Shown here: one piece after another, positions 1 through 14,351 of the stretch
Layout: every line of letters starts with the position of its first letter
Numbering within the stretch: the first letter of the stretch is position 1
Assembly (NCBI GenBank): GCA_964304625.1
Contig: OZ199839.1
Coordinates: forward strand, 4,467,376-4,531,375
From: Kudoa neothunni
Taxonomy: Eukaryota > Animalia > Cnidaria
Direction: 5' to 3'
DNA: 64,000 bases
Program-made: the position numbers and the translations under genes
The notes under the pieces: model-generated
Told to the model about the DNA's origin: nothing
The model's database searches: none
The model's input: the letters and a program-made list of their open reading frames with translations, nothing else

Positions 1-139
1 TCTTGCAAAAGTGTTTCTATGGCGCTAACCAGGATGAGTGCGAAACAGGATACAGCGGGAGACTCAATGAATGAGGGAGCCGAGACAACAGATCCTTCCT
101 TTTAAAAGTGGTTATAGCCTATTAATGTTAGAATTCTAC

Positions 140-1203
140 GGCTAAAGCACGGTCCAGTTGAAAAATTCGCGCAACTTCGTATTATTTCGGCAAAAGACAT
201 TATTAAACAATCAAATAAACATGTTTTTAGTGTAAGTAAATCCTGTTTATTGTTTCAGTGTAAGAAGAAAAACGATTCTCTTAAAATTTCTTCTTAAATT
301 GATACGAGGCGAGGTATGAACCAATCGATTCTGATGTTTTATTGGTTATGTATCTAAATTTCCTTTTAATAGCGCCCCAGATGGCCTCTATCTTATTTGT
401 ATGGACATCGTCAGCTATTTTAAATTGTTTACTATGGTTCACTGACTCATGCTTATATCCCAGAGATTCAAGGCTGTTATATCCGCGCCATTTGTCGGTC
501 CAAATTATAGACCCGCGAGTTACATGAGAGGCAATAATATCCTCAAGAGTTGACTGACTGATTTCTAACTTCAGTCAAAACTTGAAATACGTTATTATTC
601 TCGTCTACCCCGCCGACTATCCAGACATTTTGGTTAACGAGAACCCTCCCCCTGTGGTATTTTCGTTTGCATATATTGGATTCATCGATCTGTACAACAA
701 CATCGACTCCACCAATTCGCACTCTATAGAGATTGAAATACTCAATATATATTTCTCTAATATAATTCCTCCAATTGACGATAGCCTCCCTTGATCCAAT
801 TTTTAACTGTTTTAGCAATGTCTCGTATGACATTTGAATGTTGAAGACATCCAAACACATTAAAGAGAATATTTTCCATAACGACAACTTTGAACCTTCG
901 AAAAATGTTCCTTTACGGATTGATATTCTTTTTTTACATGCATAGCATCTAAAATTATATCCATCGAGAACATTTTCCTTAACGAGCCCAATTTCTGAAT
1001 GGCACTTATCGCATACTCTCACTTTAGGAATTAATCCTATATTTTGTAAAAGTGCAATAAATTTTTCAATGTCATTTTTAAACAAAAATAGATCTTCTAA
1101 AAGAATAGAATCAACGTTTGGGAGCGAGAAGTTCATTTCTGATTGCACGTCGCCGAAATAATACGAAGTCATGCGAACTTTTCCACTGAACCGTACTTTA
1201 GCC
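140..1203 (-). mobile_element. Merlin (IS1595/IS1016-like) DNA transposon, full length, transposase frameshifted once
   Basis: TIRs of about 52 bp starting GGCTAAAG (140.. and ..1203), with a perfect 9-bp TSD GAATTCTAC (131-139, 1204-1212). The ORF has a CxxC..CxxC ribbon, VVVQIDES and WIVGGVD. After a 4-bp TCAG duplication near 550 it continues IIWTDKWRGY..HESVNHS..HTNKIEAIW. Confidence 0.95.
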
Positions 1204-1252
1204 GAATTCTACATAATGCATCATAACAAACATCATTAGAATCAAACGAAAA

Positions 1253-3064
1253 TTAATTATTTCGGTTTTCATTAATAAACACGATAGTGTCGAGTTTTGA
1301 ATCGCTCAATCTTGTTCTGAGCGGGGTTATGATGTGATTACACAAGGAAAAACATCTTTCGGAATCGATGCTCGTGGGTCTTATGTTAGAAAGGGATTTT
1401 CGAACTCTTTCTAAGCGATCCGTCATCACGCCATGACATGTAAAATTGAGGATTTCATCTGAGTCGGTAAGTTTTAAACGCTTGGGCTCGGAAACGTAAT
1501 TTATCAAATCTTCTAAGTCCAAATTAGACTCTGGGGCTTCACTTTCAATTTGATTAACTGGCTCAAAATGTGACGGTCTTTTGTAGAAAAAGCTTTTGTC
1601 ACAGATTTTTGAATCAAAACTTAGATTCAAAAAAATGTCCGGCCAAATTAATAACCGACTCAGACAATTTAAGAACAGCTCGATGTATAATTTCAAGGGA
1701 TGATGTTAGTTCCTTTATTGTAAATCGTTCATAAAAATATTACATAAGTAATTGCATTGATGAAAATTATTTCGTCCTTGTCTACTGATAATTCCTTTTC
1801 CAGAATAGAATAAGTATGCTCTATTGCCTGGTACATTTGAACAAACTTTATCAACATTTGATATAAGCTGGACCAACGTGTGACACAATCAATGTTTAGA
1901 GATAAATATTGTATTCCTTTTTCCTCATACGACTTCCTTAATGTGTCGGTAGCCAATCCAGATCTTAAAAAAATTGATAATTGACCTGACCCGAGAAACA
2001 ACATAAAAAAAGTTGGGCATAAGAACAAACTCCTGCTCATCAAATTCTAATTCATCAGATTCCAGCTCTTCCGTTATCATTCCTGTATTTTCTATCTGAA
2101 AACTATAGGTTTCTTTGTACATTGTGTCTTTAACAGCTATAAGTTATGTTATTCTAGGATTGTCACTTGACAACACGATTACCCAAATTTAGGCCGTGAA
2201 GCATGCACTTTATCTGCTGAAACCCCAACTCATACGTACATTTTGCCATATTCGAAGCTCCATCAGTGCACATAAATAATGAATTGACTCCATATTTGCA
2301 GAGTTGTTTATTTATTAATGAAGCCAATTCTACACCTGTGCATCTTTCTGTCACTCTTGTTACATCAAGAGAGATTTTTTCCCCCTTGAAATAAGCTTGG
2401 ATATTAAGGAAACGTTTCTTTGACCTTGATGTCCACTCGTCACAACAGAGTGCAGGTCTTGAGTTTTCCACAATGATTAATGAATTAAAAATTGCGCCAT
2501 AGGACACTGGAACTTCTGTTTCATGCGCCTTTTTGAGCAGTTTTCTTAAAGTTATACTGCTGGCAATTTTCCAAATTGGAATATTGTCGACAGCAATCAG
2601 TCTCGCGACATCTGAGTCAAGATTTGACTCCCAGAGACCTTTGTTGACAAAATTGTTAATTATAGGTTGCGTTTGAACGATTCCAATTTTTATTTAAAAA
2701 TATTAATGATGTTGAGTAACTTTGATTTCGAATCAATCCCATGCGTCTTGGCATGTGAATGAAATGTGCTCGTTGAGCCTTTTTTGCAAACAAGTACAGC
2801 ATTGCACTTATTGCATTTTGCCTTCTCATCGGCTAGTTTAACAAAAAAATTCCAAATAGCGCTTACCATTTTGGACCAATTTTATCACCGTTAAAACACG
2901 TGCAATTCCACGAAAATCTTATACTCATTTAATACATTAAAAGGTTTTCTTTGTTTAGAATATGATAAACACTTAACAAAAATTTTAAAATCGGTTTCGA
3001 TTTTTACAAAAACTGAACCGAAACCGAAACCGACGGTTAAAAACCAAACCGATCTTAAACCTTA
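1253..3064 (-). mobile_element. Degenerate hAT transposon (BED finger, DDE core and dimerisation domain)
   Basis: BED-type finger WNFF..CNKC..HAKTH from an ATG near 2869; CCDEWTS, TDGASNM, CMLHGLNL, DCVTRWSS and PTSIDSERCFS motifs across broken ORFs; AAACCG subterminal repeats and a TAAGGTTT end at 3064. The 3' TIR was not found. Confidence 0.9.
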
Positions 3065-3594
3065 AGACCAATCAAATCAAAACATTTTTAAAAGATACTA
3101 TGAAAATTTTATTTACAATGTAGACGAAACTGCCCTATTCTACTGATAGCAACAAGAAGAGTATCTCATAGATCGTTGAAAAATATTTTGTGCTGTTAAT
3201 ATGTTTCTCGAGTTTTAATTATCGTTTAAAAATTAATATATAGTTAAGTTGCCTTTATAAACGCAATTTAATCATTATTAAATGCCAATTTTTTCTGAAA
3301 TAATGGCGTGCGCAAGTGCGTGAAATTGAACGTGATCGGTTTGACGCGCTTCGTTTCTTGGTCCTGAGGGGATTACGTGAAATTGGTTTCTTACTGTAAC
3401 ACGTTAAATCATCGACGGATATCTGCGTGCGCAACGGCACCGGCAAAGTTTCGCCATGCTGTTTATCAATAATCAAATACATTGTTTAATAAGAGGGGTA
3501 AAAGGTGATTGTTACGTTACAAAAAGTGAGAACGGATTGGACATACAATTCAAAATTATATATAATCAAAAATTGAACAAAAATAAACAATGTA

Positions 3595-5034
3595 TAGTCG
3601 TGCCTCGATACTGCGTAATTTAACAAAAATTAGCATTATACATTTTAATTAGCAAAATTAAACAATTAAATCATATTCGATGTGCTTAATTGGATTATTA
3701 TCAAAGGAAATTATTATTTTGAATAAGCGGATATATAACAAAATAGGAAAGACCTCGTGTCTCGCTATTGCGTAACTCATTTTCCACATTTTAATCCCTT
3801 TAATCCATTGGTTGCAGTATCGTAAACATGGTAAGGTATCAAAGAATTATAGAAGATAAATTAAAATAATTGATTACTATAATTCTCTTAAGTCTATAAC
3901 TGGTGCCGAAGCTATGACTGTAAAACATTTCGGTTTACCAAGTGATTCTAACTTAAATATTTTTCGGTAATTTAAAATAGGCCATTCCACTCTAGATAGA
4001 ATCTTGTCAAAACATGATGAAATTACAAATTCAAGTATTATAGTATCTAGAAAAAGATTTAAACCCGAAAAATATGAAGATCTTGAAAATAACCTTTACA
4101 ACTGGATAGTTTCAATGCGAGATTAAAATAAACTATTATCTGGGTTAATAATTATCGAAAAAGCTTCTATTGTTGCCAAAGATATTGGAATCAACAATTT
4201 TAATGGAAATAGGGGATGATTTAATAATTTCAGGGAGCGATATGAGCTGAAAAGTTCTCAATTACACGGAGAAGCTGGAAGTGCCGACTTTAAATGTATT
4301 TATGAATGGATGGGCAAGTCGTCCGAGATTTTTTCAAGATACATTCCAGAAAACATCGAGCTTCTATTTCTGCCGAAAAACTCTACCAGTGTGTTGCAAC
4401 TAATGGATCTGGGAATAATTCATAGTTTAAAATCAAATTATAGACAACTACTATGCAAAGATATTATAATTGAAAAGGATGATCCAGATAGATTTAAATA
4501 TGCTGTGCTCGATTGTTTAAATACTCTAAAATTGGCTTGGGGAATGGTTAAGGTATCCAACTATTGGTAATTGTTTTAATAAGTCGCCGGTTTTCAAAAG
4601 TATATTATCGATTATTTCTTTTATTTCTATTGAATAATTAAGATGAGAAAATTTTAATGGAATGTGAGGATGAAATAACATTAGAAGGTAACATAACAGA
4701 AGAATTTTAATAATTATATTTATAGATAACAATGTTGATGATATCATTTTGTCGGAAGAAAATGAAATCTTACATCTAGATGAGGATGAGCAGTGTAAAG
4801 TCATTGTGTGTAGTGAAGATCCTGATTTATGGACAAAAAGATGAATTCGTCGCAACATCTCAATTAATACATTAAGGAAAACGTTTATCATCGATAATCC
4901 TAAACCTTGTTTTCTCTGCCTCCAGTTATGGATGCTGTACATGAAATTATTAATAACAGAACAAAAACCCATAAAATTGATGAGTTCTTTTGTAAGAAAC
5001 GCTAAAATTGTTACGCAATATCGAGACGTTACAG
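3595..5034 (+). mobile_element. pogo/Tigger-like element, internally deleted and degenerate
   Basis: Imperfect TIRs (..GCCTCGATACTGCGTAA / TTACGCAATATCGAGAC..) with TA flanks; CENP-B HTH remnants; FLPKNSTSVLQLMDLGIIHSLK DDE_1 motif. Confidence 0.85.
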
Positions 5035-5481
5035 TAATTTTAATATTAATTGAAATTTACATTTCTGATTTTATTTGGTATAAATAACTTTCTTAAAATA
5101 CTAGTCTTGAAAAATTAATCAATACAACAAATTTTCGGATGAAAACTATATGTAGTTAAGTATAAAATTTTATGATGAAATTTTTATAATAAAATGATTA
5201 TAACTTCTTCTTTAATTCAAATAAATCTACCAAATAAATATATAAACTAAAATATCATTACTTGATTTTATTGGTATTTTAGAAAATTCATAATCGGCAT
5301 TCAAAAAATAATAGAGAAGATAATTTATAATAAGAAGAGTAAAGTTTATTTAAGTGGTTCAACATAATAAATTTTGAGCAAAATATTACTAAAAATATGT
5401 GTAAGACGTATGTTTAATTTAAGAGTTAGCGAGTGTGGCGCATCCACATAAATAGAGTAGCGCCTAATCTCAAGTGCGCTA

Positions 5482-5556
5482 TGGCCCATAGTCTAAGTGG
5501 TAAGGCCCCGCCACTTTTAGCTCGAGGATCACGGGTTCGATCGTCATCCGCTACAG
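5482..5556 (+). repeat. tRNA-derived SINE head or decayed tRNA-like sequence
   Basis: A-box TAGTCTAAGTGG with a pairable D-arm and B-box GGTTCGATC at tRNA spacing. The anticodon, T and acceptor stems do not pair. Confidence 0.5.
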
Positions 5557-5685
5557 CGAGTAAGAGAGAAAGTGTTTTCGATTGGTTTTTAGAAATTTAA
5601 CGAAGATTTCACATTTGCCGACGATGTTGTATTATGGATTTTGTAACAGAATTAGAAGTTATAATAATTAGTTGAATCGTCTCTC

Positions 5686-7270
5686 TTGGTAAAAATTTAT
5701 TTTATTATTAACCAAGGAGAAAGAACCGGTGGAAAAACTTGTATTTTAAATGCCACATCTTATCTTATGACCCATTTTTTACATGTTCGTTCCTTTGGAA
5801 TCAGACCTATATCTTGTAAAAAGATAACAAATTTCTCATGGTTATTGTATGGTACAAAGTATCTATTAAACGTAAAGAACCAATATCTAAATTCGAGTGA
5901 CTCATTTCCTATCGCATCATGAACGAATTAATACGAGAAGCCTCGCTCGCTCCTAAATCCCACATTAATCCAGTCCTGAAGGTGCCAAAATAATAGATCT
6001 TGTGTCACAATAAGGAAATCAACATCCCTAGATGAAATGGAAAGTATTTTATCGGCAGATAATCATAATCACATTCTGAGTGAAAATGACAAATCAATAA
6101 TATTTTAGTTATTAGGAATCAAAACGTTAATTGAAAATACTACATAAACTACGCATCAGGTATATTCGGCTGCAACCAGTAAAACAAAATTTGGCGAACC
6201 TCCAATGTTAAGTAAAGATCAAATATGCAAAAATGTTTGCAATATATGAAAAGAATGTCAATCATTATTTTGAGTGCAAGAAATTTATAGAAACTCCAGA
6301 TGATAACTTTTCGTGAAGAAATTTTTTTGATACTTGATATTGGAATTGAAATTAATAACAGCATTGTTATTGTTGCAACAGATAGGAACTTAACTCATCC
6401 AAAAAATAAAGAGAAATTATTTGTCGGCGACATATTTAAATACGTCCTAAGCAATCTTTGCAATTATATGCGATTCACGGAAACGTATCGTCCAAAGTTT
6501 TTCCTCTTGTATATATTATATAAAAGCAATGAATTAAAATGATTATTTTGAGGTTCTCAATTTTATTTTTCAAAATCTGAGATGAATATACCAAATCACA
6601 TAAACATCGATTTTTGAATATCAACCTTTGTTGTTTTTATAAAACGAAAACAAAGACAAATATATTTTTGTCTTTTTCACGTCGGCCAAAATATCTGGTT
6701 AAATCTATAGCTACAGGAATTGGGATTTGTTGCTACATAATTTGTTGAAATAAAATATAAAATATTAGAGGAGAAATCCTGAAATTTACCCGGATGAATT
6801 TTGTACCTCTTTTTAATATTTTGATAAACTATTTGAAGGGGAAAAAGTGCTCATTTTGAACTTGGAATGCTTACGACTAGGTCTTGAACAACATATCACT
6901 CACATCTAATTGTAATGTAGTATTCAAATGAAATTTTTATGTTGAATTTGACCAAAACCAACCGGCATTATCAGCATTCTTAGTTAACTTGAATCACAAA
7001 AATTATGTTGGAAATTGAAAATGATGTAGAATGCAATTTGGAAAATTTTCAAAATAATTAATACTTCATTTATCGATGAAAAGTGGGTCGTATAAAATCC
7101 GTTTGTCATAATTACAATTCATATTGCGAACTAGATTAGTTTCAACTCACTGCTAATTATATTCACGGAAGATTAATCCATTAATTATTTTATTATATTT
7201 TTATGAATAAATAAACTAACATGTTTTTGTCCTGCGGATGCACGTTCGAGTTTCCTCTCTGCTATTTGAT
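5686..7270 (+). mobile_element. MULE/Mutator transposase relic
   Basis: FLYWCH-like start; FLILDIG..IVIVATDRNL..KLFVGDIFKYV (MULE D-G-T-F region); CLFHVGQNIW (CxFH motif); many stops. Confidence 0.75.
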
Positions 7271-9177
7271 ATTTAATTATAAACATCAAAATTAGTCACA
7301 ATTGTCTATCTTAATTTTCATAATATTAAAATCAAATGGAAGTTCATAATGCACTACTGAATTTAATTTAATTAAAATGAAATCTAAATTTAAATATTCA
7401 AATATTAGTTTTCTATGTGATAAATTATGGAAACAAATTCACTTTAGTCAACAACACGAAATATAACTAAATTTACACACTTTATAGATTTCTCAAAGTG
7501 TAATTGCTATTTTTTGAAAAATACAAAATCTAATGGACGTTTTAATGTAGTTATAGAGTTTGAGAAATTTGGATAAGGGACGCTACTTACATACGAGACT
7601 GATTCATTTGAATAAATATTTGGCGTCGAAAAGTAAAGAATGCTTCTGATCGTATACACTGCATCTTTATAAAATGGATAGCAGGTTCGTAGGTTATACT
7701 GGAAAGGTGAAAATGACATTGATAATTTGCGGAAAATTTACAAGTTAGTTAAAGTCTTTACCTAAGAGGGTAGCCACGTAGCATATAATTCGAACGCAGG
7801 CATAAAAAATCCATTAAGCTTACAAGCATATTGCGTAACTGACCGAGGCAAAACTTGACCTTCTCATAATTAATAATTATAATAATAGAAACACATCCCC
7901 AATAATATCCAAGTCGAAAGAACGATAAATCCTGCCAAGAAAGAAGCTAGATCAGGATTAACAAGTTTAAACTTCAAGCTGGTACCGACTGCCATTTCTC
8001 TTGAGAAATATAGCTACAAATATAACAAAAAATAGGATTGTTTGGTAGTAACTATAAGTGTGTGTATGTTAGAAACATGTATCTATTACAAATTTTATCG
8101 ATTTAATAAGTAGATCGGATTTAAGTTAATGGTGAATTTAATATACAATTATATCATGCTGTAGTAATTAAAATAATGTTTAAAGTATAGAATTATACAA
8201 AAGATTGTAAGTACACGATCGATTTTATTTTGGGTTTAGTGAAATTTTCTTAGCACATTGAAATAAAAGGAGAATAATAAACTTATATTGGCTACCGCTC
8301 CAAACCTGTCACCATTGTAATTAGCCATGGACCTCAAATACAAATAATCAATAGGATGTTTCTACGAGAGAGAAGTGATTACTCGAAGTTCTTATAAAAA
8401 AATAATGTTACATTAATCATTCTCACAACATTAAAAATACTAATAAATTGATAATAAGAGATTAACGAATCGATATAATACTTCATTTATGATAAGGGAG
8501 TTGATACGATCGGAGATCGGTATAAATTGATAAAATATGTGTATGCGGCAAGTGCAATTGAAATTGTTGATGGAAGAGATAAAATACTCATTGATTTAAG
8601 ATGACAAGTTTAAAAAATTAATCTTTGGATTGGATTATAAGATTGACATCCTGGTACTACGTAAAGTTGAATTAATCAATATTAATAGTAATAATAGTGT
8701 CAATAATCTACTTAGGTCTTATTGTATACGAGATATAAATGCAGTAACACTTAGCAATTAGGTATAACAGATGGATTCACCATCAATAGGGCAGGATGTT
8801 GTAGTAAACCGTTAAAAATAATTAAATTATAAATGCGTAATGCAGGGATAAAATATATCCATAATAATCACCTCATTATAGATAATAATGATTAGTTGTT
8901 ATTTAATTATTTTACGGAGTGGGTGGTGAGAAATAGTTTTGTAGCACGGTGTATGCCCACTAATATAGTTTCCACAGTGCTAGTTCACAGTTGTACAACA
9001 ATCAAATATCAACTAGATAAATCAAATAAATACGGTCATATTTTAACGGTATAAAACGAATAAGATAATCTGGTTGTTCGAATCCAACACAAACAAGGTG
9101 AAAATACCTAGTGAAAAGATTTCTTTGCTTGGAACAGGTTGTTTAGTCGAATTCCATACACGAAAATACCTCAATAG

Positions 9178-12100
9178 ATGAGATATAAAGTTGAACCGAT
9201 CACCTATCCATTATATGTAAGTAGGAATATTGGGTACCATTGGGAGCCACTTAAGATGGCTGGTCATGATGGCAGCAATTGATAGAATTATTCCAACTTT
9301 GTTGTCGACTTGAATTTTATCGGGAATTTGCTGATACTGTATATTTTAGGGGGGAGATCGTATTATTATAAATCTAAATGAATCAATCCATGATAAATCA
9401 AAAACTGACGATAATGTTGGTTCCACGTGCAAATTAACTCCAACAAAGTCATTATCTAAACAAAAGTCTTTTATTCATCCTGGTAGCCATCAAAATAATG
9501 GCTCTAGTCCTATTGCTCTGAACCATTCACTTGATGAGACCCAAAGTAAATCCATCTCTGAGTGGTCGGTATGATTTTTCAATTTAGTGGCATCAAACTT
9601 CAAACAAAATGTTAAAACACAGTCGATAGATTCGTTTGCAACCAATCTAATGTCTGAAGGCAATGGTGCTGATCAAAATGACAATTATCGTTATTTTGTT
9701 GTTTTCGAGGGCTCTAGTGTTACTCATGTGGTGTCTACTCAGCTAAAATCCAACAACACTCTGGTTTCTATCATACCGCGTAACTAATCAAACCAATACG
9801 TTCTTTTTTTAAGAATGAATTAATTTCGATTAGAGCACAATAAAGAAGAAGATATCAAGATCAGCCTTTACACAGCCTGTCGAAATATGAAGGCTCAAAA
9901 ATTTAGAGACTGCTATAGCAACATATGCAAATTACCACAGGAGGAATCCTTCAGTTATGAGAATGATGGTGTTACATCAATCGCCAATGATTTAGTCGAG
10001 AATCTATATGATATACAAAAATGCTATACAATGCTGTCTACATTTCTCGACTTGAAACTGCTCCACATTGAGAATTCTCCTGATTGTAAATTGAACATTG
10101 AAAACCGTCTAAATTACCTTATTCGATTTCACATTGATGTACAGTACAGCTTGGGGTTTTTGGTGGTATTGGTGCCTAACGAACCCAACAACAGTGGAGA
10201 ATTCGATAAACAAAGTATCCTACAACTAATAACTGTTGAGGGGTTATAACGTGTTTTGTGTAGAGGCAGTCTTGTTAAACTATCTTAAAGGTTTGGAATT
10301 TTATGTGTTGCATAAACTGTTTGATAAGATCTACACTATCGGACCTAACAACGAACTTGATATGCGAGTGGAAATACTACCTAATGAGCCATCTTTTTTA
10401 TACTTTTCGTCGTTTGATACTCGAGACAACAACTTCATTAGAGAATATACAAACAGATTGGTGTCGCATTCCACCTGTAAAGATAACAACTGTTTGAGCA
10501 TCAACCAGAAAATATGTATTATAACCAACATTTTTTTGTTACCGCCATTCTCTCAAAGTTCCAGATCTAATAATTGTTCCACTGAAAACAACTATAACAA
10601 CATAACCGAGTCATTTTCACCTGATCCGATGAGACGTCATTGTTTTCAGAGTTGGCTAGGCTTGAAGTTGATAACCCTAGCCAAAATACCAACTACTCAA
10701 CTACCAATACTAATCTGACCAATGAAGACACACCGACACCTGGCGAGAGACAACTTTCAGTTTCCACATCGTTAAATCAAATTTCAAACTACGACATCGA
10801 TCATCAACCCAATATCAAATGCACATTAGATACCTCAATTTATAAGGAGAATGAAATATCAAAAATCGATAAAAAACGAGGCTACGTTACTATCAAATCG
10901 ACACACTTAAGTGTAAGGGATGACCCATCGCTTCAAGTGGATAAAACGACCATTCAAAAATTCTTTTCCACAAAATTTACCAAAACAGAAGCTGATCGCA
11001 CTCATGAACGTTATCGAAAAAGTACCAAAGATGATACTCATCAGTATCAACAAAATTCAGGTGTTTCAACTCACGAGGGAATAGCGGGTAATTCCTTGAT
11101 GATTCGATCATTTTCAAAAAACCAACTAATCGCATTTTAGCTTGTAAGAGTAATAAGTTTCTCGAAGATTTTCTCCTCAAGGGCTGCTCTACGTCTGCCG
11201 GTATTTTTACTTGTTTGACAAATAAATATTAAAATGGGTTGTCGTTTTAGATTCAAACGATATGTACACGGAACGTCTTTCAACAGAACCGTGGTAATTT
11301 TTGCTTCTAATATTTCCTAAACAAGTGTACATATTTTTCACCAACTATTGCCTAATAGTTCGAAAAATCCCACATCAAAAAGTTTAACCCAACTGAACCA
11401 ACCCTATCTACAAATCACTTCGGACAATCAAAATACAAACGATGCCAACAATGCATTTGGTTTGATATCTGGTGTGAATTGCAGATCTTCAATTATTTAC
11501 AATGGTTCCCCTGATGAGGATGAAGAGGATATAAAAAATCAAAGGCTATATTCTTGTTCCTCTTACACACCAACAAATATAAATAACAAAGCCAAATTCA
11601 AAACACAGAACATAATCACGAACAAACTAAAAAATAAACCTGTAATTTTTGACTTTTTTAATGAAATATACATTATTCTGTTTATTTAGCGGCATTGTAC
11701 GTTAAATTACAACGAAAAATCAATTCCACCAAATCCTGACTCGGGTAGTTGTAATAGTTGTGACTAATTTCGAAGCTACTTCATTTCTCGTTTTTTTAGA
11801 AAATGTTAATATTAGGGAATTTCTCGACAAGGAAATGTAATATTTTGTGCACTTTTAATTTTTATTGATTTTCAATTTTAGCATCCATCTTGATAATGAT
11901 ACATCTTTTAAAAACAATGTCCAATTCAAAAATGTAAAACCAAATTTTTTCCAAAATTGTGTTATTTGTTCAATTTTTAGCAAGCTAAAAAACAAGCTAA
12001 AATTCATCTCGGTCTGGGTTTATTTAAAAAGGATAAAGTTTACTGTAATTTATTAGACCAATTTTTTGTTTCTCCTATAAAAAATTTTATTTAGCCGACA

Positions 12101-14351
12101 TATCACCGAATTTTCGTGAATCAAAGGTTAAAATTAAAACAAAAGTATAATTTGAATTTCTTATGTCAATGCTATATCACATTTTCATATGTAGCATCAC
12201 ACCCACCATGTTGACCGTAGCAGCGCATCAAAACAATCTCGTCTCACTGCTATTAAGTACTTCCTGCGTTTTTAATCAGTGTTTATTCTATATAATCATC
12301 TCTGTTTTATAGAAATTTGAATAATTCTTCAGATTTAGTTTTTACGTATGAAGTTTATCAGCAATATTAATTTACGGCTTTATTGATTTAGTTCTAAAGA
12401 AAATTTTAATCGTTCCATAAATTGTCTTTTTGCAAACAATGGTAATTTATCGTTAATTAATTTTATAGACTTTGTAACAATTATTTTTAGAAGTAGATTT
12501 ACAAACAGTAAATTTTAACTTTTTACAATATGCATTGTCATCTAATGATGTTTTTGCGCGAAGGATGAAAACAATTCATTTTTGTTCAATATTGATACAT
12601 GGAGCAATATGGTTGAACCCAAGATAATCAAAAAGCTCGGCCCTAAAGAAACCAAACGGCAAGATGTTATTTATGGTATGTTCTCATGGAGCTTTCCAAC
12701 AAATTCACTTCAATTTAATTTTGTAGAGCTTATCTACACAGAGAATCAATATATAAGAACTCTCAAAACTCTTTATCACGTAAATCCAATTAGAGAACTG
12801 GCCTGGTAGATTATCGTCCGACTAACCTAGGTGATGTACAAAGGTCTTCAAAACTTTGTTATGATAAGCACCACTACTGCCGATAAATTAATGCCCAATT
12901 TAGCCTCACTTATTGCTATTAATGGTTTCTATTATATGTTGGTTTTCTATAATGCTATAGTTAATTACATTAGGACGTTTCTTGGCCGATCTAAGGGCTA
13001 GACAGAATGCGGATGAACACTACATCATACACACTGTTTCCGATATATTCAACAGCCAAGTAATATTTTTGTCCAACCTGTCGTTCTTTAGAGTTATCTA
13101 ATATTAATAAAAACTTTATATAGTTTTCTGGATCTGTTGGAGATTACATGGCTGAAATATACGCTCAGGTCTGTTTGCAAAAGCATTCAGCAGTCAACCT
13201 GTATAAAGTGAGTTAATCATCGCGTTCCAATCGTGTCAATCATGGCAATAAAATTTAAATAGGATCTAATGAGAAAAAACAATGATTTTGAAATGTTCGT
13301 TACGGTAATTTTTAAATAGACCATCATTCTAATTCACACAATCATTCGCCCTATTTAGGCGTGTGCGAATCGTCCTCAACTCAAAAGATTGACAATTCCC
13401 GAAGTTATCGCTTTCATCACTCAACGTCCACTCAAATATCCCATACTCATACAAGAAATACTTAAATGTACCAAAGGTAAACTTTCAATCAATTCACTTA
13501 TTCTTTAATCAAATAATTTTTAGAAGACACACCGGAATATGATAATCTAACGATAGCACTTAATAACGCCAAGGTAGTTTATTCGTTGGTAATGCTAAAG
13601 TTTATTTTCATCTATAAAGAATGTCATTAAACAAATGAATAACTATGTTTCTGAATATGAAAATGCAGCTGTATTTTTTCTTGAATGCATAATTTATTAT
13701 GTGTACCTTAATAATGAAATTCGATATTGTTCAATCTAGGCTCTTGATCGAATCCGTAAAAAACTTGATCCGAAATTAGAATGGAATTATAATGACGCTC
13801 TCCTTAAAGTAAATTTATAACATTTTCGTCTAATAACGACGCATTATGAAGATCGATGATATATTCCCAGAATCCATTAAGTTGGTTGAAAGCCAACCAG
13901 TTGTATTTAGAACCAAACAACGCTGCTACGACGTTATTCTTGTAGCTTTGTGCTCTCATTTTGTGTTTTTGGTTGAAAAAGACCAAAAATACACCTTGCT
14001 TAATGGCTCCGAAAACGTATTTTTTACCGTCATATTGTTTAATTCGATTACGAATAATTACGCAAAATTTAGCCACCCATAATACCGATGCAAAATCTAC
14101 TTTTGAGAACTGTAGCCACCGGTATATGCGAGATTTTGCTATTATTGTTGAATGAAAATCTTATTTAACCTATTATTTACATAGATAAAAAAGCTTTTTT
14201 CCTTGTAGACAAATACCATGCTCATATGTATGAAATCGTTTGTGCAAATGTGTTAGAAAAAACCAATTGGGTTAACAAAATTAATCGACATCTTAAAGAA
14301 AATTCTGGAGACATCATGTTTGTCCACGACAAAACAACTACCAAATCATAG
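9178..14351 (+). CDS. Lbc-family Rho GEF (AKAP13/ARHGEF28-like N-terminus, DH and PH), multi-exon
   Basis: Exon 1 MRYKVEPITYPLY|GGDRII and YFVVFEGSSVTHV..TLVSIIPQHNKEEDIKISL resemble the AKAP13/ARHGEF28 N-terminus. The spliced DH domain reads KETKRQDVIYELIYTE..ITQRPLKYPILIQEILKCT and the PH domain LLLRTVATDKKAFFLV..MYEIVC..EKTNW. Stop TAG at 14349-14351. Microexons in 11200-12560 are only partly resolved. Confidence 0.9.

Noticed and set aside
25-60. Minimal hammerhead (..GGATGAGTGCGAAAC)
   Set aside because: The core lacks CUGA and no stem I or III can be formed.
7650-7760. Kinase subdomain-like peptide YWKGENDIDNLRKIYKL
   Set aside because: No other kinase motifs nearby in any frame; likely chance.
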